Assembly: GCA_013265495.1 (NCBI GenBank)
Contig: MU058844.1
Location: forward strand, 1,901,520 to 1,965,519
Length of the DNA: 64,000 nt
Direction: 5' to 3'
Origin: Vicugna vicugna
Taxonomy: Eukaryota
In this document: positions 1 through 9,487 of the stretch, in pieces
How the letters are laid out: each line of letters opens with the position of its first letter
Numbering within the stretch: the stretch's first letter is position 1
Translations under genes and position numbers: made by a program
The notes under the pieces: model-generated
Told to the model about the DNA's origin: nothing
The model's input: only the letters and a program-made list of their open reading frames with translations
The model's database searches: none

Positions 1-424
1 TGTCATTCTAAGTGAAGTAAGCCAGAAAGAGAAAGAAAAATACCATATGAGATCGCTCATATGTGGAATCTAAAAAACAAAAACAAACAAACAAACAAAA
101 ACAAAGCATAAATACAGGACAGAAATAGACTCATGGACAGAGAATACAGACTTGTGGTTACCGGGGTGGGGGGCGGGGTAGAGGGTGGGAAGGGATAGAC
201 TGGGATTTCAAAATTGTAGAACAGATAAACAAGATTACACTGTATAGCACAGGGAAATATACACAAAATGTTATGATAAATCACAGAGAAAAAATGTGAC
301 AATGAGTGTGTATACGTCCATGTATGACTGAAAAATTGTACTGAACACTGGAATTTGACACAACACTGTGAAATGATTATGAATCAATAAAAATGTAAAA
401 AACAAACAAACAAACAAAAAAAAA
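1..424 (+). mobile_element. Young LINE-1 3' end (ORF2 tail, 3'UTR, poly-A), camelid type; continues beyond the left edge
   Basis: Begins ATTCTAAGTGAAGTAAGCCAG..ATACCATATG..ATATGTGGAATCTAAAA (L1 ORF2 C-terminus), then a G-rich 3'UTR tract, AATAAA at about 386 and an A-rich/(CAAA)n tail. Near-identical to the reverse complement of 1663-2056. Confidence 0.95.
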
Positions 425-490
425 CCCTTAACAAAACAATAGCAAATTGAATCCAGCAATATATGAAAATAATACATCAGGAAAAGAAAA
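425..490 (+). mobile_element. Short old L1 ORF2 fragment, the apparent host of the young L1
   Basis: CTTAACAAAACAATAGCAAATTGAATCCAGCAATATATGAAAATAATACATCA resembles the L1 ORF2 segment encoding LNKILANRIQQHIKKIIH. Confidence 0.6.
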
Positions 491-904
491 AAAAAAATCT
501 AAGTTCACTTGATTGGCTGAATTTTTTCTTTCTTTACTGTATGGAAAATAAGATGCAGTGTATGAGATTCACCAAAATATGGTCATTTATAAATGTTCAA
601 TTTATATGTAATAATGTTAACAGTTTTTAAACTCATTTCTGTTTATCTTTTGTGAATTCTCTTTTTCTTCTAAGCAAAATTTTTATTACACTTTTTAAAA
701 AATGTGTTAATTCCCTCATCCTCCATATAAATATTTACTTAAATCTTTAAATATGTACTTTAGCTTATAATCATCTATATATTTTGCCTACATAGTAAAA
801 TGAAATTTCATCATTAACTCCTACAGACATTAACCAAAATGAGAGATCAAGAGAGCAGGAAAGAAGAAAGGAAGAAATAGTAAAGGCAGGCTGGCATTTC
901 TCCT

Positions 905-1530
905 TCTTTTTTATGTTTATATATATTTTTACTGAAGTGTGGTCAGTTTACAATGCTGTGTCAATTTCTGGTGTACAGCATAATGCTTCAGTCATATGAA
1001 CATACATATATTCATTTTTATATTATTTTTCACCATAGTTTACTACAAGATAATGAATATAGTTCCCTGTGCTATACAGTATGAACTTGTTGTTCATCTA
1101 TTATATATATATTAGTTACTATCTGCAAATCTTAAACTCCCAATTTATGCCTTCCTACCCCTTCCACCACTGGTAACCAAGTTTGTTTTCTATGTCTGTG
1201 AGTCTGTTTCTGTTTTATAAATAAGTTTGTCTTTTTTTTTTAGATTCCACATATAAGTGATGTCATATGGTATTTTTCTTTCTCTTTCTGGCTTACTTCA
1301 CTTAGAATGACAATCTGCAGGTCCATCCATGTTGCTTCAAACAGCATTATTTTGTTATTTTTTATGGCTGAGAGTCCATTTTATAAATATACCACATCTT
1401 CTTTATCCAGTCATCTGTCAATGGATATTTAGGTTGCTTCCATGTCTTGGCTATTGTAAATAGTGCTGCTATGAACATTGAGGTGTGTGTACCTTTTTTA
1501 ATTAAGATTCCCTCTGGATTTGTGTCCAGG
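905..1530 (-). mobile_element. 5'-truncated LINE-1 3' end, different (probably older) subfamily
   Basis: T-rich tail at left, then TTTACAATGCTGTGTCAATTTCTGGTGTACAGCA, TAGATTCCACATATAAGTG and GCTATTGTAAATAGTGCTGCTATGAACATT, all typical antisense L1 3' sequence. The 3'UTR differs from the 1663 copy. Confidence 0.93.
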
Positions 1531-1662
1531 ACATTATTTAGATTGCCACAGAAGAGAGATTTATCAACTATTCAAAACTTTGTTTGATATCAAGGTATAA
1601 AAATTATAAAAATGGATGACTATTGCTTTAGCAGAAAGAATAACTTCAGACATACATTTCTT

Positions 1663-2237
1663 TTTTTTTTAACTTTTTTAATTGATTTATAATAATTTTA
1701 CAATGTTGTGTCAAATTCCAGGGTAGAGCACAATTTTTCATTTATACATGAACATGTATATATTCATTGTCACATTTTTTTCTCTGTGAGCTACCATAAG
1801 ATCTTGTATATATTGCCCTGTGCTGTACAGTATAATCTTGTTTATCTATTCTACAATTTTGAAATCCCATCTATCCCTTCCCACCCTCCGCCCCCTTGGC
1901 AACCACAAGTTTGTATTCTATGTCTGTGAGTCTATTTCTGTTTTGTATTTATGCTTTGTTTGTTTTTTTGTTTTTTTTTTTTTTTAGATTCCACATATAA
2001 GTGATGTCATATGGTATTTTTCTTTCTCTTTCTGGCTTACTTCACTTAGAATGACATTCTCCAGGAGCATCTATGTTGCTGCAAATGGCGTTATGTTGTT
2101 GGTTTTTATGACTGAGTAGTATTCCATTGTATAAATATACCACATCTTCTTTATCCAGTCACCTGTTGATGGCCATTTAGGCTGTTTCCTTGTCTTGGCT
2201 ATTGTAAATAATGCTGCTATGAACATTGGGGTGCAGG
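1663..2237 (-). mobile_element. Young 5'-truncated LINE-1 with perfect 17-bp TSD
   Basis: TCAGACATACATTTCTT at 1646-1662 and 2238-2254, with a poly-T tail. Minus-strand ORF 2071..2349 contains CTPMFIAALFTIAKTRKQPKWPSTGDWIKKMWYIYTMEYYS (L1 ORF2 C-terminus). Confidence 0.97.
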
Positions 2238-2474
2238 TCAGACATACATTTCTTATACAAGTGTAATTGCACTGTGCTCCCAACCTGTGGTAAAGAAGAC
2301 TTTCATGATTAGGGTAGAATTTCATGGTTAGGGTAAAACTTTTTGACATTATTTATTTTTCTTTAGAATTTTGTTCAATCTCCATTTTTTTAAGAAAGAG
2401 AGTTTTTCCTCTAAACTTGTCAGTTATTTATTTGACTTTCTATTTCTACTCTTGTCAAGAACTTTGAAAAATGA

Positions 2475-2830
2475 AAGGCAGTAGTGATATGGCCTTGTCT
2501 AAGGAGACAGAATTAGGAGTTTGTTTCCAGTTTCTGTCACTTATCAGCCAAGTAACTTTTTGCAAATTATCTAACTTCTCTGTTCCCATTTCTTCAACAG
2601 TAAGATGGGGATTATTTTTTAAATAGGTAACATTTATAGAATACTTCATATTCAGTTAATATAGTAGGTGCTTTCTGCGTATCATTCCATTTAGTCTTCA
2701 CTAGAGACTTATGGAGAAAGTGTTAGTACCATCTCCATTTATACATATGAGACACTAACAAGGTCACAATAGGATAAAATGAAATAATACTTGTACTCTT
2801 GGTGTGGAGAGTAGGCGCTCAATATGGTAA
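2475..2830. mobile_element. MIR SINE fragments in both orientations
   Basis: Core-like TTATCTAACTTCTCTGTTCCCATTTCTTCAACAGTAAGATGGGGAT, and the opposite-strand CTCCATTTATACATATGAGACACTAA. Confidence 0.65.
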
Positions 2831-3064
2831 TGATGATGATTATGTCAAAGATGATGACAAGTGGTGATGATGACAACAATGACAAAGATAACATTTCTGT
2901 GCATCAGCATTATGCCATCATCTTAGATAAATATGCATTTAACTATTAGAAATAAAGCATCAACAGTTTATTGCATAAATATTTATTGACACTCTTTTAT
3001 GGCCAGACCCTAAAGGTATAAAACTAAGATATAATGAATGCTATTTTAAGGAGTCTCTAGATTA

Positions 3065-3200
3065 GTAGAAAAGGGAGAAGTATGATCCAAAGAAGAAAAT
3101 ATTAAGGGAAGGAATAATAAGGGGTAAAGGAAGGGAAGAAGAATACAGGGAGAAGAAAGCAGAGAGATGACAAAATGAGAATAAAAAGGAAGGCAGGGTA
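3065..3200 (+). repeat. Purine (GA)-rich low-complexity tract
   Basis: Strongly A/G-biased run; a similar tract lies at about 4240-4325. Confidence 0.6.
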
Positions 3201-5166
3201 ATCCTATAGGAAATGCAGTTGGCTTCATTTGGATTGCACAATAGGAGGCATATTCCAGCCTCTAATACATGCCATGCATCAGCGCCCAAATTCAGAAATC
3301 AGCTGCTGGGAAGACACATGTAAACACAGCAGAGCATTTTTCTTAAGGATGTGTGGTGATGCATAGCGCCTGTCAAACAGGAATCTGGTTTTATGCAAAA
3401 TGACTGCTGGATCACTGGTCCTAATTCTGTGTGCCATCCATAAAAAAGGAAAAGAGAAAAAAGAAGAAGCACTGCAAAGCACTGTAGCACATGTGTGTAC
3501 AATTGATATTATGAAATGACGTTAAATTATAAAATCTAGTGAGAACAAGATGGATTTTTTCTGTTCATGCTGTGACCAGTTTTTTTCAAATATGCATATC
3601 TAAAGATTATGGAAAGGATAGGAAGAGATATGGAGAGACGGAGAAGAGGGAGGGGGAAAAAGGACAGAAAAATCATAGTAGCTTCCAGCTGCTTCAGATC
3701 CTTTGGAAAGAGGTTTGGTATAAATTCTATCAAGGAAAATAGGTGCATTCAGTAGCTTTAGATACATTCTGTGCTGCTCCAGTTAATATGTCAAAATGTT
3801 CTGCTTTAAGCAAGAAGACAGAAAAGCTTTGCCATACCACAAAGGGGCATCTTAATCCCATCACTCCTTTGTCACTCTCCCAGGAAGTAGCATTATGTAA
3901 GCATCTGATTTGCATCAGGGGGCAGCCTCGATTTTGGAGAAAGCTGTTTGCAATTCAATAAGCTCCATGCACTATGTTGCCTTTTATATGATTCCTTATG
4001 GTACTGTTGATAATGATCGTAATACTTTTTTTTTCCCCAATGGAGAACACTGAGGTAATGCTGGAAAATCAAGTGCTTGGTCTCTGTGTAACTTAGAGGA
4101 TATATATAAAGTCTGAGAGAAATGAATCTTCATATTTTATGATCTCTGACCTGGATTAAGACAATTTGCAAAAGGGCACTAGGTCAGGTAGAAGCAAGGC
4201 TGAATTGATGGCCTTGAAATGAATTGGGACAGTTTGAAGAGTGAGGGAAGGAGAAAAATAGAAGAAGGGGGTGGGGAGGAGAGAGAGGAAAAGAGAAACA
4301 GACAGAGAAGACAAAGGAAAAATAGAAGTTGCTAGGGAGGCTGGATGATGGGGTAGAAAAGCAATTTTGAAACCCTTGAAAAGGTCAAACGTTTATATAA
4401 AATTCATCAAATGCTCTGTTCATTTCCCTAATTCATTCCTCTTAGCTTTTTGAGTGTGCTGGTTATGCCGCAGGATCTTGTAAAGCCTGAGGTTTCTTTC
4501 AGTTTCCCATTTTGAATAGTTAAATAACAACCGCCTCCTTTATTGTCCTATAAATCTTAATTCTGTTTCCATCTGAGCTGAGTTGTTAAAAGGTTAATAA
4601 TTTAGAGCTGTTTCCCGCTTTGCCTGGGTTACTCCTTGACAGAAAACACTTGAAGTAAGCTACTTCTTAATGTGATGGATTGTGGCTATGGGTCACTTGG
4701 ACTTACCAAGTGAGATGGCCATAGTGTTGGAAGAAACCTTCAAACACAGACAACTCTCCAGATGTGATAGAAATGAATAGAGACACTATTGATATTGGGG
4801 GAGAAAAAAGAAGGAGAAATAACAAAAACAATGGTTGTCAATGACAAGGACCTTGAGAACAGGGTCCATGCATCTTGTAGCAATCACCACAGAGTCTGGT
4901 ACAGGGCAGTGCACAAAAGAGATGCTCCATGTTCATCATAATGCATCCAAAAGCATAGACTGAATGCCCTGGTGCTTGTAATGAAAACAAGAACAAAGCA
5001 AGATTTCTAATCTTCAGTTGCTTGAAGTCAAGCAGGGATGACACAAGTAAACCAGCAAAAGAAACATAAATACCTCTTACACATTATCCTCGTGTAACTT
5101 TTCTGTTCCCAATTTGTCCCAAATGGCATGCAGTATTTTGGAGATATGAAGATTATTATACGAAGT

Positions 5167-5380
5167 AGAGTTTCTCAACTTGACATTGACATTTGGAGCC
5201 AGATAATTTTGTGTGATGTAGGCTCTTCTCTTAGATATTGTGGGATGATGAGTAGCATCCTGGGCCTCTATGCACTGAATGCTAGTAGCACCCCATCCCC
5301 AGATGTAACAACGAAAAATATCTCCAGACATTATCAGATGTTCTCTTTGGGGACAAAATGCCCCTTGTTGAGAACTACTG
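5167..5380 (-). mobile_element. MER20 (hAT-Charlie MITE)
   Basis: AGTTTCTCAACTTGACATTGACATTTGGAGCCAGATAATT...AGCATCCTGGGCCTCTA...CTCCAGACATT...GTTGAGAACTACTG matches the MER20 reverse complement, with terminal inverted repeats. Confidence 0.88.
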
Positions 5381-5454
5381 CCATAGAGCATTCAGGTTCT
5401 TCTTTTTTTTTTCTCAATTACTCTTTTGATTTTTGCTGTATCAGCCTTTGTTAT

Positions 5455-5960
5455 GTTATATATGCAGTAAAAGTGGCAAATTGGTGGACTTCTCTGAGAA
5501 CCATTCTCTCCTTCTTCCATGGTATTGGGTGCACATGGCACTCCATTAGAGACTGCTTAGCCCAGTTTCCTTTGCAGATTGATGTGGACTTGTGACTAAG
5601 TTTAGTAACTAAAGTGGCGGAGCGATTAGAGTCACCTTTTAATGCATTGGCATTAAAAGAAAGATCAAATTATTTTATACTTTTCCTTTCCTTTTTACTG
5701 TGGATCCTGGACAGCAGTGATTTAGCTTCAACAGGGCAAGAAACGCAACACCCTAGAGGACCGGGAAATAAGAGGATGGAATAACTTGGTCAGTGACAGG
5801 TTTCCTGAATTACTTTGTGGAACAAATATCATCATCAGCCTCAACAATCCGCCAGGAGCTTCTTATGTATAAAGGATAAAGACTTCTACTTTATTTAAGC
5901 CACTGTGTTTTGGTGTATTTTTGTTACAGAAACTTAGCCTTTCAGATCCTAACAGATATA
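5455..5960 (+). mobile_element. MaLR LTR (MLT1J-like)
   Basis: CCCAGTTTCCTTTGCAGATTGATGTGGACTTGTGACTAAGTT and the 3' end TTTAAGCCACTGTGTTTTGG..TTTGTTACAG..CCTAACAGATA. Confidence 0.75.
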
Positions 5961-6269
5961 GAATATGTATGATTCCATGCACATGAATATTTTATATACA
6001 TGCTCACACATGTATGATCAATGTGCAATATTCTGGTTTGGCAAGACATTTTACAAAGAGGGAAGTATATAAATAGGTACATGTACATATTAGAATATAA
6101 ATATAAAAAGCTATAGGAACCTAGCTAATGGAGTAATTAATTCTACCAGTGTGGCTTCTGGGCCTTAAATGATGAATAAGAGTTTGTCAGAAAGATTAAT
6201 GAACCAATGGAAGATTGTTCTCTGGTTTCACAACTTAAAAGGCTGTCATCCAGAAAGAGCTCGTGGTAG

Positions 6270-6420
6270 CTCTACAGACAGCTGCAGAGATCAGCCAAGT
6301 CACGTGGATGTTCTCTTTTAGTCAGATCACTTAGCTGCACTTCCATCTCACACTGTGATGATCACCAGACTTCGGGAAGTGACAGGTGTTTTAGTGCAGA
6401 CAACTGACTCACCTGAAAAC
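6270..6420. promoter_or_regulatory. Candidate enhancer (dense motif cluster)
   Basis: CAGCTG 6279, CACGTG 6301, GGAAGT 6375, TGACAGGTGT 6380 and TGACTCA 6405 in unique sequence; motif evidence only. Confidence 0.3.
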
Positions 6421-7411
6421 CTTGTGTTTTGATTAAAAGAGTTCTAGGTTTCTTTTTGTGTGTGTGCATAGAAAGAATCTTTAGCAGAATTTGATGGTGC
6501 TTTTAATGATTCATCTTTCTAAGTGTTCTTCCTCTATTTTCTAGTGATTGTGGTTATATATCACCTAGATTGCCTTCTGCTCTGAATTAAATGCTGCCCT
6601 CTAAAACATTGCCACCCAGGAAACAAACTAGCATTTGATAATATACTAATGGAAAAGGACACAATGATTCAAATCAATTATCTTAAGCTAAACTGAACTC
6701 AAACTGTCTCATGAAAATCAATATGTATTATGTCAGCTTATTTGCATTACTGAAAAAAATTAACTATGTGAAAAAAGCAGTTGAGTTGTCCTAGCATCAT
6801 TTTTTCCTAGAAATTTGTATTCTCTCATATGAGAAAAAAAAATCACATTTTGAAGATGAGTCACAATGACATCCCACTCCCAATGAATTCCAGCATTCTT
6901 TATACATTGATATGTCAGTGAAATTTCTCATAAAACCTTACCGTACTTACCTTTTACTAGATTTTTCAAATATAATTCATGTTTTTCCAGTGAGCTGTTT
7001 TCTAGACTTCTCTCATACTCGACCTTATATAATATCCTGATGAATCCTGGTATCAACTTTTCTTATTTATTATTTTTTTTTGTTGTACACCACCGAGTCT
7101 CTTAAAAAAATTATAAGGAGCTTGACCCCCTCCCCGCCCCACCTTGAAAACATTTTTCTCTGTGCTTTTCTCCTGTTCGATAGTTGCAAAAGACCCTGTC
7201 TCTTCATTTAATATTTCCTTCTAACAGCAGTTCAGTGATGTTAATTCTTTGCTTTCAAGAGGCTTTGTACTTCTGTTGCATCCACATTTAACTGTTTCAT
7301 GGATATTTAAATGAAGCAGTAGCATTCCAGAGAGTTTAATTGTAAAAATGTTGGCAAATTTTTCATAAAAATTTAATTTAAAAAATCTGCTAAAATATTC
7401 AGTAAGCCCTT

Positions 7412-8184
7412 ACAATGTAATTTTGATGCTACTTACCCAAATCTAGCACAGACTTCTCAGGTTAAAGAAATAGCCCCCAGTAAAAACTCCCCTTATGTCA
7501 GACATCAGCTAGGAGTTAAGGGGTGCCAAGACCACCTACTCTTCTGGCTACCAGTTTGGGAGTTTTCATTATTCCCTCAGATTCAATAATTCACTAGAAT
7601 AACTCACAGAACTTAGGAAAATACTATATATATGTGGTTTTATATATATATATATATATATATGTATAATTACACTTTTATTACGGCAAATGGATACAAA
7701 TCTGAGAGACACATAGGGTGAAGCCTGGGAGGGTCCCCAAAGTGAACCTTCCTTGTCCTCAGGACACATCACCCTCTTAACCTGTGGACGGTTGATTACC
7801 AACTAGGGAAGCTCACCTGAACACCAGAGTGCAGAGTTTTTATTGGGGTTTCATTGCATAGGCATGATTGATTATTGAATCATTGAATTCAGTCTTAAGC
7901 TCCTACCCATTCCCTGGAGATAAGAAATAAGGCTAATACCATTTGGCTCAAACCTCCAACCCTCTAATTACATGACTAATCTTTCTGATATAGGGAGCTC
8001 CTAAGTACCTACCTAAGTACCTACTATGATTCACTTTATTTGCAAAAAAACTCAGGTTGTAGGGTCTTCCAGGGCCCACCATGAGAAACAAAGATACTCT
8101 CTTCACTCGGGAAATTCCAAGGCTTTAGAAGCTCTCTCCCAGGAATGTGGGACGAAGACCAGACAAATTCTTTAGTATACAACA
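7412..8184 (-). mobile_element. MER21-group LTR, 3' end apparently missing
   Basis: The minus strand starts TGTTGTATACTAAAGAATTTGTCTGGTCTTCGTCCCACATTCCTGG..CCTTGGAATTTCCCGAGTGA and is related to 50032-50927. Contains a (TA)n tract at about 7640-7663. Confidence 0.8.
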
Positions 8185-8371
8185 GCCCTTTTTGTAAATT
8201 AAACTTCAGTGTCATACATATATATCACTGAAATATTCACCAAGTGAGTTTAGTGCTTTTTACCTATCATTGTACTTTTCTGGAAGAAGAGCATAAAAGA
8301 AGTTTTGGGGGGAAAGAACTAAGAATAGAGTATATGTGTTAGGAATAACCTTGGGCAAAATTGGGAACTAC

Positions 8372-9487
8372 CAGTCTCCCTCCACTCATGATAGGGTTAT
8401 GTCCTGATAATCCCATATATTGTTATATTGAATTAATATATTGTTAAGTTGAAAATGCATTTAATATACCTAACCTACAGATGCAGGAAAACAGGCGTGG
8501 GGCGTGAAGAGGGCTGTGTCCCAGGCTTCGGTTGAGCTCCTGAGACGTGCCCCGCCAAGTGTGGGTCCTTGGCTTCATGCAGGAAAGAATTCAAGAGCGA
8601 GCCACAGTTGAGTAAAGGTAGATTAATTCAGAGAGACACAGTGAAAGGCAAGAGAAAGGCCTCGAGCTGTGGGGGTTGGATGCTCAGATTAAAAGTAGGT
8701 ACACATTCCGTAAACAGAATGTGGGCCGTCTCTGAAGAGGGAGAGAGAGGGGTGGCCTTGAGGCACCGTGTTGCCAGTTTTTATGGGCTTGGTGGCTTTA
8801 TATGCTAGTAAGTGGAAGGACCAGTCTAACTATCCTGGGGAAGGGGCTGGGATTCCCAGGAAGTTGGCCATTTCCCACCCTTTGACCTTTTGTGACTAGC
8901 CTTGGGACTGCAGTGGTGCCTGTGGGTGTGTTATTCGCCATGTTAATATATTACAATGGGTGTATAATGAAGGTCAAGATCTGCTAGAAGTTAAATCTCC
9001 CATCTTCTTGAGCCTCAAGGCCTACTGGGGGTTGACTCTTTCAGCATTTTGATGTTAATTGCTGTAGCATTCCTTGAATGGCTGTGCGCTGCCCTCTTCC
9101 TGTCTCACTACCAAACATCAAAGTTTAGCCTAGTCTACCTTAAGTGTGCTCTGAACACTTACATTAGCCTGCAGTTGGGCAGAACCAGCTAACACAAAGT
9201 CTATTTTATAATAAAGTGTTCAAGATACTGAAAGTGAAAACAATGGTTGTAAGCGTATAGGTTGTTCACCCCCGTGATTGTGTGTCTGACTAGGAGCCGC
9301 AGCTTGCTGCCGCTGCTCAGCAACGTGAAAGAGTATTGCACCACCATGTATGGCCAGCCTGGAAAAAGATGAGATTTCAAAGTACAACTTCTACTGAATG
9401 CGTATCATTTCTGAACCATCATAAAAGTGAAAAAAGAATCATAAAATTAAAAAAAAAAGTGAACCATTGTAAGTCAGGGACTGTTTG
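8372..9487 (+). mobile_element. MER47/Tigger5-type MITE, split by an LTR insertion
   Basis: GATAGGGTTATGTCCTGATAATCCCAT..GAAAATGCATTTAATATACCTAACCTAC|CAAACATCA..TTAGCCTAGTCTACCTTAA..CCATTGTAAGTCAGGGACTGTTTG; the two halves read contiguously across the insert. Confidence 0.85.
8479..9107 (-). mobile_element. ERV1-class solo LTR with 4-bp TSD (CTAC)
   Basis: CTAC at 8475-8478 and 9108-9111. The minus strand starts TGAGACAGGAAG; the other terminus has one mismatch to TG..CA. GC/CpG-richer than the flanks, with the LTR-typical CAGGAAAGAATTCAAGAGCGAGCC. Confidence 0.88.

Noticed and set aside
5128..5595. Longest ORF (155 aa)
   Set aside because: It runs through MER20, a poly-T stretch and an MLT1 LTR; a chance open frame.
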